Below are positions 9,093-19,476 of a stretch of DNA of 32,713 bases, in pieces. Position 1 is the stretch's first letter. Every line of letters begins with the position of its first letter. Source of the stretch: Octopus bimaculoides (taxonomy: Eukaryota); NCBI RefSeq assembly GCF_001194135.2, contig NC_069008.1, positions 15,832,704-15,865,416 on the forward strand. Reading direction: 5' to 3'. Position numbers and translations under genes: made by a program. The notes below the pieces were generated by a model. The model did no database searches. It saw only the letters and a list, made by a program, of their open reading frames with translations, and was not told the DNA's origin.

Positions 9093-10382
9093 TGAATGGT
9101 GTATGAAAAGTCTTGAGCCGCAAAAAAACAAAACATGGTACAAGACTTCTGATGATTTATTTTTCAACATAGTCCCGCCTCGATGGCTGAACAGTTTCTT
9201 CAGTGGTGCTGAAGTGCCATTATCCCAGCATAGAGGAACTTTTTTGTTTGAGACTCCAAGAAACTTCCTGCAGCGTCTATGACGTCTTTGTCACTGGCAA
9301 AATGGCGACCAGCCAGGGCTTTTTTTCATTTTTGGGTATAGATGACAGTCAAAGGGAGATAAGTCTGGCGGATGGGGAACAAGTTCATATCCACAATCAC
9401 GAATTGTTGCCATGGCAACCACTGAGGTGTGGGCTGGAGCATTGTCGTGATGAAAAAGGACTCCCTCTGGTGAGCATTCCCGGCCTTTTTTCTTTGATTG
9501 CTTCTTGGAGGTGTTTCAGTAGCTGAGAATAATACAGCCCTGTCATGATGTGACCCTTTTCAAGGTAATCGATCTGCAAGACACCTTGAGAATCCCAAAA
9601 ATGGACACCATGACCTTGCCAGCTGAAGGAATAACCCTGGCCATCTTTGGGGTAGGAGAAGATGTGTGCTTCCACTGCTTTGATTGTTCTTTGGTTTCAG
9701 GCTGGTAGGGATGGACCCAACTTTCGTCCATAGTAATGAAATGAGCAAGAAAATTCTCTTCATCGGCTTCAAACAGTTCCAGATTGCTCGTGGACAAAGT
9801 GCACCTGGTGCGTTTCTGTTCAGGAGTCAAAAGGCGATGGACCCACTTTGCAGAAACCTTTGAGAACCCAAGTTCTTTTGTCACAATGTTGTCTGCTATT
9901 TCAATTGAGATGTCCAGTCTCTCAGCTATCTGACGACATGATATTCGGCGATTTTGCATTATCATACCAAGAGCAAGGTCAATGTTGTCTTCGGTGGTTG
10001 CAGTTGGAGGTCTCCCTGGTCTGGGATCATCTTCCACACTCTCCCTGCCACGCTGGAATTCATTTACCCAGCGTTTGATTATTGCATATGAAGGAGCATT
10101 GTCTGTTAAGGTTCTCACCATATCTTCATAGATTTCTGATGGAGTCATGCCTTTCAAATGAAGGTACTTTATGACAACACGATACTCAGTTTTCTCCATT
10201 TTGCTTGTAAACTCGACACTTGTTTATTCAAAAATCTGCAACAACAAAAAAATTAAAATATCAGAATCATGAAAATGAGCAAGAATACTCCGAAAAGACT
10301 GTATTAACCAGAAAAAATTATTTCAGCTACCTAGCAGCCCTGTTTCTAGGTTAGGCTCAAAATGTTTCATAGACCCCACTCA
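9093..10382 (-). mobile_element. Full-length degenerate mariner (DD34D) DNA transposon, ~1.29 kb
   Basis: TA dinucleotides at 9091-92 and 10383-84. Imperfect ~30-bp TIRs (TGAATGGTGTATGAAAAGTCTTGAGCC vs TGAGTGGGGTCTATGAAACATTTTGAGCC). A transposase remnant lies inside. Confidence 0.9.
9157..10199 (-). pseudogene. Mariner transposase pseudogene
   Basis: Starts MEKTEYRVVIKYL; has WVHRLL (WVPxxL-like), MDESW, HHDNAPAH and HPP---DLSPFD (YSP deleted); ends DYVEK*. At least three frameshifts and one in-frame stop. Confidence 0.9.
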
Positions 10383-11612
10383 TAGCTCTGCAAGACACTG
10401 ACTTTGAGCCATCTACCTTGACTGTGACTCAAACTTGACTCTAACATTGAACTGACACTTAACTCCAACTAAGAACTCATACAATGACTCTACAACAACT
10501 GACACAGACTCTTTGTACTAGTTGACATCCTCCTTTATAGTGGCTGATTCATACCACTTGTCCCGTGGAAGGGGTGTATCATTTCTACTACAAGTTTTTG
10601 AAACAGTTGTTGAATTCTTCCAAAACTTCAATTCTTATTTTCTGTGGTGAACTAAAAATCATCAAGCACGACATTGCTTTTATGGCAGATATGAAACAGT
10701 TTGTTTCTTGGATTTTTAACCAGAATCGAAACTTTAATCCAGATTTTTCTGAAAGCTTCTTTCTCAGCTGTCATCCTTGGAAATTTATGCAAGTCAACTG
10801 TCATACTCCTTTCACCTTAGATGAATCCTGTTCTTTTCCTGAGCATCTTTAATTCAGCACAGCTTAATGCATTCACCTTGTTTGTTCTCTCGATCTAGTT
10901 TCAGCTTTTTGAACATGTTTAAAAACAGAACACAAACAAAATCTCTCTCTTTCAAGTAGCATTGGGCAGAGTTAACTTGCTTCTCTTTTTTTTTCCTTCA
11001 GCATCTTGCCAGGAGTACATACCTCTTCCTCACATATCTATCTCTTTCTAGCACCTACATCTGATACAAACATTACAAAAGATCTTTGAGACTTTACTAC
11101 TGTTCTCTTACTGCTGGAAAACAGCCATCTTTTACACTGTATCTAACAAGACAAATTGAGATGGATAAATAAACTTTTTAAGAGTATACTTTTCCCCTGC
11201 TCTTAATTCATTTGGTGTATATCACTGTTCCAACCAAACTCTTTGTTAAATGCAGGAATCTAAGAGTTCTTAGTACCATTCAATCTGATATCCCAGGGCC
11301 AAGAAACTGGGATATCCCAGTGCCAAATACATCCATCGCATTGAAAACATGAAAATGATATAAATTACAGGTAAGACGTAAATTTACTCTTTCATATTGT
11401 GAAAGAAAAAAAAATCAGCTCAATAAAGGGTTAATTAAGGTAAATTTTATTTGTGAAATACAACTGTTTTAAATTAGCATTAGGAAGGAGTCTATGCTTG
11501 TGGTGGTGGGTGCTAGGAATGTGGCCTGGGAGCCAAGTTGGAGCAGCAATCTGAAAGAATTTTGGAACCTTTGTGCTAAACTGTCCACACACACATTCAT
11601 TGCAAGGTTTTG

Positions 11613-12035
11613 TGTGGCTGTGTAATAAGAAGCTTACTTCCCAACCACATGGTTCTGAGTTCAGTCCCACTGTGTGTCACCTTGGGCAAGTGTCTTCTAC
11701 TATAGCCCTCAGGCTACCAAACACTTGTGAATGGATTTAGTAGATGGAATCTTATTTCTTTATTGCCCACAAGGGGCTAAACATAGAGGGGACAAGCAAG
11801 GACAGAAAGAGGGATTAAGTCGATTACATCGACCTCCAGTGCGTAACTGGTACTTAATTTATCAACCCCAAAAGGATGAAAGGCAAAGTCGACCTCGGCG
11901 GAATTTGAACTCAGAACGTAAAGACAGATAAAATACCGCCAAGCATTTCGCCCGAAGCTTGTCGTATATGTATGTGTGTCTTTGTCCCCCACCCCTCCAT
12001 CACTTGACAACCGATGTGTTTGTGTCCCTGTGACA
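11613..12035 (+). mobile_element. SINE family X interrupted by a family Y SINE
   Basis: X head is 11613-11749; X resumes at 11955 (AAGCTTGTCG…). Confidence 0.75.
11750..11954 (-). mobile_element. SINE family Y nested in SINE X (5'-truncated)
   Basis: Reverse complement of 16500-16707. Confidence 0.85.
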
Positions 12036-12535
12036 TATGCTTTACTAGTTGCTTAAATAGCAAAAATATTTTTCTTACAAATATACACACAAAAAACGAA
12101 AATATATATATATATATATAAAAAAAAACTTCAAAAGCATGTGTATATAAGACGAAGAAGGCAAAGACAAAGGGAAAAAGTAAATAAGATAAAGACCAAA
12201 ATAGAGGTAAAACTAATAGTAATTGAGGATGGAGGGAGAAGAAGAGTTAAGGCCATCAAGAATAAAGAATTGGAATATTCTGGAGTGGTCAATACTTTTA
12301 GAAATAATACATTTCTAAATCTCTCAAAGAGATTTATGCAGTAGTGATACGATGAAGTAGTTGTATGCTATCAACTTAATGTGACAGTCCCAACAGTAGT
12401 ATTATTCCCTTCAGGGGACTCACATTAAGTTGATAGCATACAACTACTTCGTGGTCAATACTGTTGTGAATTGTCAAATGATAACTGCTGGGGTGTCTAC
12501 TGATTTGCAGTCACGTATTCAGCTCTCACACATGG

Positions 12536-12539
<4 letters not shown>

Positions 12540-12611
<72 letters not shown>

Positions 12612-12612
12612 G
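12540..12612. repeat. (TG)n(TA)n microsatellite
   Basis: Read directly. Confidence 0.95.
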
Positions 12613-12626
12613 ATATACATACACGT

Positions 12627-12708
12627 GGAGGCGCAATGGCCCAGCGGTTAGGGCAGCGGACGCACGGTCATAGGATCGCGGTTTCGATTCCCAGACCGGG
12701 CGTTGTGA
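12627..12708 (+). mobile_element. tRNA-like SINE head, 3'-truncated
   Basis: A-box TGGCCCAGCGG and B-box GGTTTCGATTCCC. There is no proper acceptor stem, and it stops exactly where ZNF-B 3' homology begins. Confidence 0.7.
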
Positions 12709-12849
12709 ATTCAACCAATCAACATTTATTTATGGGCAATTGTTTATGTAGAGATAGCACAGATGTAACAAGAGCTTCCGATCAATTGTTGCACGTACAC
12801 ATCACATGTAAATAACTTTTAAAGGATTTATGATTGACTAGAAATCGTT

Positions 12850-13701
12850 TTATGGTTTTTCTCCGCAATGAATACATTTGTGTGTAGTTAAGGTATTTGG
12901 ATGAGAGAATGATTTACCACAACTATCACAGCGATATGGCTTCTCTCCTGTATGAATACGTTTGTGTACAACTGAGCCAGATTTTTGAGAGAATGATCGA
13001 CCACAGATTTCACATTGATATGGTTTCTCTCCTGTATGAATACGTTTGTGAGAAATGAAAGTACTTCTATAAGAGAATGATTTGCTACAGACATCACACT
13101 GATAAGGTCTCTCTCCTGTATGAATGTGTTTGTGAGCAGCTAAGTGATCACTTCGAGCGAATGATTTACCACAGATTTCACAGTGATGAGGTCTTTCTCC
13201 AGTATGAATGTGTTTGTGAGTCTTTAAGACATGACTCCCAGTGAAGGATTTACCACAGACGTCACAGTGAAATGGTCTCTCTCCTGTATGAATGCGTTTG
13301 TGTATAGTAACTTGGTTGCCTTGTGAAAAGGATTTACCACAGATATCACAACAATAGGGTTTCTCTCCTGTGTGAGTTCGTTTATGAGCCTTTAAGTCAC
13401 CACTTTGCGCCGAAGATTTACCACAGATATCACAGCTGTAAGGCCTCTCTCCTGTGTGAATACGTTTGTGTACAGTTAAGTTATGTTTCAACAAGAATAA
13501 ACTACCACAGATGTCACAGTGAAATGGTCTCTCTCCTGAATGACCTTTTTTGTGAATAGTTAGAATACATTGTTTTTGGAATGTCTTTTTACAAATATCA
13601 CATTGATATGAAGTTTTACCGTTCTTTTTTGACATCTTATCAAGTAAATCACTTCTTTTTCTTTCTTTCTTCACATTTAATGCAGCACAAACATCAGACA
13701 T
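12850..13701 (-). CDS. C2H2 zinc-finger protein ZNF-B, 9 fingers (283 aa), inverted paralog of ZNF-A
   Basis: Leader and fingers 1-5 are nearly identical to ZNF-A. Acceptor TTTCAG| at 13918; AATAAA at 12725-12730 (minus strand), homologous to that of ZNF-A. Confidence 0.92.
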   Translation of the reverse strand: MSDVCAALNVKKERKRSDLLDKMSKKNGKTSYQCDICKKTFQKQCILTIHKKGHSGERPFHCDICGSLFLLKHNLTVHKRIHTGERPYSCDICGKSSAQSGDLKAHKRTHTGEKPYCCDICGKSFSQGNQVTIHKRIHTGERPFHCDVCGKSFTGSHVLKTHKHIHTGERPHHCEICGKSFARSDHLAAHKHIHTGERPYQCDVCSKSFSYRSTFISHKRIHTGEKPYQCEICGRSFSQKSGSVVHKRIHTGEKPYRCDSCGKSFSHPNTLTTHKCIHCGEKP

Positions 13702-14127
13702 TTTCCATAAACTTCCTTTCTTTTTTATGATCCCTTTTCCTTTCCATTTTTATATTGTATTTCAAATAAATATCCTTGTCTTCTGGAAATATTTCATGGT
13801 AATTCCACCAGACGTTTATATGAATATAATTACATCTGCTTTGTATAACATGTTCCTTTAATCTTTAAACCATCATCTCAAGCTATATTGCTTCTGCTGT
13901 CAATACCATCAGACATTCTGAAATGACAGAGAAACAACAATATAAGCTTTACGAGATAATTAATTAAACAGCAGACATTCACCAGTGGGAATTTTACAAT
14001 TCTTTACTGACAAACTGTAGACATGACATCTGATTATTTTCAAATTAAATCATAGAAGCTTAAGCTCAAATCTACATATTTACAGGCTACTGGCACAACT
14101 TAATTTTGTGTAACATTAAATACATAC

Positions 14128-14388
14128 ACTGGAAGGGCATCCACCTGTAAAAACCTTGCTGAGACTGACCTCATCTTGTGCCACGTAAAAAGCACTGAGT
14201 CCACTCTGCTGGGTAGTTGGTGTTAGGAAGGGTATCTAGTGGTAAGAATCCTGCCAAAACAGTCACAGAAGTCTGGTGCAGGCTTCTGCCTGGCCAGCAC
14301 CTGTCAAACTCTCCCACCCATATCAGCAGTGGGACTGAACCCGGAACCATGTGGTTGCTAAGCAAGCTACTTACCACGCAGCCACTCC
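14128..14388. mobile_element. Repeat V (two tandem GGAAGGGCATCCA-like domains, +) fused to a SINE X head (14324-14388, -)
   Basis: Similarity to 8370-8470 and to 2310-2369. Confidence 0.6.
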
Positions 14389-14494
14389 TTATTTACTTAG
14401 GTGAGGCAAAATGAGTAACTCTTGAGATCTCGTTATTGTTTTGCAACCTATTTCAAATCATTGCATTGCATCAAGAATTTGTATTGCTACATTA

Positions 14495-15067
14495 TATGGA
14501 TCTATTTTAAAACGGGGTCCACATTTTTCATTAATGTTTTACGTAGTGTTTTTGGTACCGAAAGACTTTCAAACTTCGTATACTTATCTATTTTGTGTTA
14601 TAGAACAGAAAAAAATTTTTGTATTCGAATTTATTTCATGTAAAAAATTGTCTTATTTCGATAATTTCAACCAATCACTGACAAGTATTCAGTTGTTTAC
14701 ATTTACTCCTTTGGCTGATTAAGCGATGTAAAGCGTATTTAATCTCCATACCTTCGTTTTATTTGCTTTTTTCATTTTAAATTTGCTTTAACCCTAACCC
14801 TATGGTTAGGGTTAGGGTTAATTGTTTCAGAATCGTTTGTTTATGTAGTCGGCACTTAATGTATATCGGCTGAATGGACGTCAGTGATTGGTTGAAATTA
14901 CAGAAATATGACAACTTTAACATGGAAAAACTTATGGATGTCTTTTTTCTTTTTTAAGAAGACTAAGAGAAAAAGATGTTTTATATGACACATTCTACCA
15001 GTGTTCTAAGTTTCAAAGTCTTTCGTTAATGAAAAATGTGGCCCCCGTTTTAAGAAAGATCCCATTA
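14495..15067. mobile_element. Foldback MITE with ~200-bp imperfect TIRs, TA flanks and a central (CCCTAA)/(TTAGGG) hairpin
   Basis: GGATCTATTTTAAAACGGGGTCCACATTTTTCATTAA matches the reverse complement of 15025-15063. TTTCAACCAATCACTGAC (14666) pairs with GTCAGTGATTGGTTGAAA (14880). Confidence 0.8.
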
Positions 15068-16140
15068 TATTTGGGGGTAAAAATTGGTCAGCATAGTTGT
15101 TGTTGAAGTTGAGACAGTCCAAAGCATAGTCGGGTGACGGGTACCCGTTTTTTTTTTTCCGAAGAAATATTTCCTTGTCTTTGGACCCGATTGTAATTGA
15201 GGTTGCTAATTAAATATGTGGATAATTTTTAGTGTTTAATAATCGATATTCTTTACTCTGTTGGATTCCAAATGAATTTTTTTCCCCACACTAATGTCTA
15301 ATTTCATAATTTTCATGTTTCAAACGAAAATGTGTAAAATGGGGTAAAATGAGTAATGCCTAATTTCCATAACTTCTATTTAACTGCATGGTGTACAATT
15401 ATATCGCGAAGAGGACACTCCGACAGATCGTGAAGAAGCTATAGAGAATATTTTGCTAAGCTTTTTTTATTTAGTCGAGTTTCGTTACTTTCCTATTGTG
15501 TGCCATTTCCCCCCGACTCATTTGACCTAAATATTTAATCTCCTTTTGTGTGTATTTCTGATGTCCAAGTATAGCTATTGATGTGTATGAGTCTGTTTTC
15601 TGTAAAATAAAAGCGGCAAATTTACCTTACTCGTTTTGCCCCAGCCAACTTTGTCTCTTATATACTGAAAGAGAATGGAGATCATTTTCTGAAATAGCGA
15701 TCAGATCATATTATAATGTTTTAAATGCATTTACGGAAGGCTATTTGCTTAGCTGATAACGTTTATGTAAGGTAGTGAACATTAAAAAGAAATGTATTTT
15801 GTCTCAAGTCAAAAATGTAGTAACAACTTCTCATGTTGCTCCACCCTCCTCCCGCCACACATGTATGTGTGCATTTACTTCCCCGCTACCCAACAGCTTG
15901 ACAACGAATGTTAGTTTGTTTACATTCTCGTAATTTAGAATCGGCAAAACGGAAACCGACAGCAGGGTATGATTTAAGGGTAATTTAGCAGTAAATTTGA
16001 CCAATTTAGCTGCTATTTCTAGTTCATTCGTTTCACAAGGAACGTTACGAATTTCATGACAGATCTCAGAAACAAATAAACGAAACGTATAAAACATGAT
16101 CGAATGAAGAAAAAAACAATGTTAATTACAAATAAGTTAC

Positions 16141-16330
16141 CTCTTCGAATGTATCCTAGCTACCTGGAAATTAATGTAATGTGTGTGAGTAGATATATAT
16201 TATATTATATATACATCTTCTTTTCCATGATTTTCTACAGTAAGAGGCTATTGTTCGGATGAATGAAATTCAATTTAGTGGTATACTCTTCCTGTTTGGG
16301 ATGTATTGTAGCTGAGCATGCGCATTGGAC
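16141..16330 (-). promoter_or_regulatory. ZNF-B proximal promoter and non-coding exon 1 (NRF1-like site ~16316-16326; donor at 16141/16140)
   Basis: Inverted homolog of 3240-3469; homology continues into the intron (16030-16140 vs 3470-3588). Confidence 0.65.
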
Positions 16331-16474
16331 GGTTGACGTTACAGGAGAAAAAAAAAAGAAGCAAGACCAATTTAAACCTTAATGTAGACATTTCATGTAT
16401 ATAAATACATTTCATTTTGGGATTTGGTTTGCAAGATTCTTTATGCGAGTTTGTGTGTTGAAGCATATTCTGTT

Positions 16475-16707
16475 GCGAGCTGGAAGAAACGTTAGCACGC
16501 CGGGCGAGATGGTTAGCGGTATTTCGTCTGCCGTTATGTTCTGAGTTTAAATTCCGCCGAGGTCGACTTTGCCTTTCATCCTTTCGGGGTCGATAAATTA
16601 AGTACCAGTTACGCACTGGGGTCGATGTAATCGACTTAATCCCTTTGTCTGTCTTTGTTTGTCCCCTCTGTGTATAGCCCCTTGTGGGTAGTAAAGAAAT
16701 AGGTATT
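16475..16707 (+). mobile_element. SINE family Y, near full length
   Basis: tRNA-like head and B-box. The central GCCTTTCATCCTTTCGGGGTCGATAAA resembles the MetaSINE central domain (recalled, not searched). Confidence 0.8.
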
Positions 16708-17442
16708 NNNNNNNNNNNNNNNNNNNNNNNNNNNNNNNNNNNNNNNNNNNNNNNNNNNNNNNNNNNNNNNNNNNNNNNNNNNNNNNNNNNNNNNNNNNNN
16801 NNNNNNNNNNNNNNNNNNNNNNNNNNNNNNNNNNNNNNNNNNNNNNNNNNNNNNNNNNNNNNNNNNNNNNNNNNNNNNNNNNNNNNNNNNNNNNNNNNNN
16901 NNNNNNNNNNNNNNNNNNNNNNNNNNNNNNNNNNNNNNNNNNNNNNNNNNNNNNNNNNNNNNNNNNNNNNNNNNNNNNNNNNNNNNNNNNNNNNNNNNNN
17001 NNNNNNNNNNNNNNNNNNNNNNNNNNNNNNNNNNNNNNNNNNNNNNNNNNNNNNNNNNNNNNNNNNNNNNNNNNNNNNNNNNNNNNNNNNNNNNNNNNNN
17101 NNNNNNNNNNNNNNNNNNNNNNNNNNNNNNNNNNNNNNNNNNNNNNNNNNNNNNNNNNNNNNNNNNNNNNNNNNNNNNNNNNNNNNNNNNNNNNNNNNNN
17201 NNNNNNNNNNNNNNNNNNNNNNNNNNNNNNNNNNNNNNNNNNNNNNNNNNNNNNNNNNNNNNNNNNNNNNNNNNNNNNNNNNNNNNNNNNNNNNNNNNNN
17301 NNNNNNNNNNNNNNNNNNNNNNNNNNNNNNNNNNNTTTTTTTAGCTGTTTATAAATAAAATCACACGTGATTGAAGTTACCTGTTTATATATAAATCACA
17401 CACGAGATTGAATATCATTGTACCGGCTGCACAACAACTTAT

Positions 17443-17667
17443 GGTAATCTTCCAGTATAGGGAAATAACGGTCAAACTAAAGCGTTTGACCCGAGCTCAA
17501 AAATAAAAATAATAAATTAGTGTAAAACTTGCTGTGAACGAATATGAAGAATGCGCGCTCGCGAACGGGTGGAGTTGGGGAGAGTACGGATAATACTAGT
17601 AAGACGTTAAGTTATTTCCCTTGTATTCATATTTACTTTTTTTACCTCCCGAAACTGGAAGATTACC
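17443..17667. repeat. Small inverted-repeat element (14-bp perfect TIR plus a second 11-bp pair)
   Basis: GGTAATCTTCCAGT 17443-56 / ACTGGAAGATTACC 17654-67; AGGGAAATAAC 17459-69 / GTTATTTCCCT 17611-21. Confidence 0.6.
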
Positions 17668-18030
17668 GTGATCTCCATGCATGTTTCTGGTAAAGCTTGT
17701 GATCTACACCGATGTGTTTCTTAGCTATATTATGGGCACTAGATAGATAGAGAGATAGACAGACAGACAGATAGCTCCGGCCAGTCAGTAGCCAAAGAAT
17801 CAACTCAAACCAGCAGTAACGTTCCTTGTCAGATTTTTCTACTTTCACTTCTGACAGCTAATACCATGACAGTGCTATGTCGAGTGCCTCAATATGTTGA
17901 AGGGGGACTTTTAATAATGTGACCGGTGTCATTCAAACAAGGGAGAGTTATCTACGACACACCGTCTACTTGTGTTTCTAATTACACCGTATGAGGCGTT
18001 TAGTAACGGATTGTCGTAAGCGCCACCCTC

Positions 18031-18049
18031 AGCCATTTTCGAGGTTAGT
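18031..18049 (+). promoter_or_regulatory. YY1-like GCCATTTT followed by a splice donor GAG|GTTAGT (putative end of ZNF-C exon 1, 18043/18044)
   Basis: Motif and consensus donor in a CpG-richer patch 1.4 kb upstream of the ZNF-C CDS. Candidate acceptor is AAG| at 19458. Confidence 0.45.
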
Positions 18050-19476
18050 ATGTCATTTTCTTTGTCTCGACGCCTAGAATTCGAATAAGTTGGGAGGAAG
18101 AACCAGTGAGGCTTGCAATAAAGTCGAAAATCCGGCTGAAAAAAATTGTACCTCGACGCTATTGACACAACCCTAACCTTAACCCAAACTCTAACCAGAG
18201 AGTTTAGTAACATACCATCGTAAGCACCCACACACAATCAATAACTTTGGTGTGATCCCCGTATCATTTTTCCAGGTGTTATGACTCATTTTCTAACATT
18301 CCTCGTTACCATCGTAACAGTATAAGATGATAGCCTATTCATCTTACTATCTTGTCTTACTTATCTCTCACAGATACCTTCATATACTAATACACGAACA
18401 ATACCTTTGGTGGGTCTCTGTATGTTTTTTCTAGGTATTGTGGCTAAAATATGCAATGTGATACACCGTTTCCTAGTACCGGTATATTCTACAAAATGAG
18501 AAAGACGCAGTCATTGTTTCATCTTTCAAATACATACATAAATAATTTTACATAGGTGCAGTGATTAGAAGAGATTTTCATGGTCATTGAAAGACCAAAA
18601 CCAGCTTCCTATCTTCATTCCTTGCCGAGATATCGCATTCTGAAAGTCGTGAAACTTAGACTGCGTTTTTCTCGGTTTTTAAAGTTGTGGCACTTACGAC
18701 GGTGTTACTACATGTCACTTATGTAGTGATTATCTCATATTAATGAACATCAATGTTTGTGCATAAGACAGGGCGACCTCATTTCTTCACAGCTTACGTC
18801 GTTAATTGGTTGTTGCCTATTTTACAGGACAGGGAAAATAGCTTTTAATCAACATTAGCTGGGGTGGATTAGTGGTGGGGTGGGGGGGCATTCCAGTCTA
18901 TGATATAAGGGAATGCATTTGTGTAATGAGTTTTCCCGACTATTTTCAACTCTTAAAGTCAATCTTCAAATTAAGAACACGTTGTTTCTAATACTCTTAA
19001 AGAACGTGTGTACTTACGTAATTCTTGATGAACAATTTTGTTTTATTAGTGTTTTACGCACAGACACACACATACACTTCATTTATTGCACACACACATA
19101 TACTAGCTTTTATGACAGTGGTCTTACACAGTTCTTTTCTTACTTTACAGTGGTGGTGCTGAGCTTTCTATTACAACCTGTAATAGTAGAAGGCTGAATT
19201 CAGCAAAACGTTGGCTTCCTGCCAATTATGGACTCTATTATTTTTTAATCCACATAACATCCATTAACCATATTCACTTCGTCTACAATGATGACCTAAT
19301 CAAAGAGATAGCAGACCCGGCTACTAAGTAGCATTCTACTGCTAATTGGAAAATATATCTTTATTACGTCTGTTCCACACATGTAAACGGAGGTCTGTGA
19401 TATCTAAGGCAAGAAACTGAACCATAATTAATTAACTCTGGCATTTGTCAACTTCAAGAATTGCTCATGAATTAAC

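Noticed and set aside
10400-11100. Possible LINE endonuclease relic (SILIFCGELK; FGEFN on the other strand) and TTGACT-rich tract
   Set aside because: The motif resemblance is too short and appears on both strands; it needs a profile search.
17929-18036. Minus-strand MAEGGAYDNPLLN… as a first coding exon
   Set aside because: Short, with no convincing donor or downstream exons. The same bases are better explained as a YY1-like motif plus a plus-strand donor. Not fully excluded.
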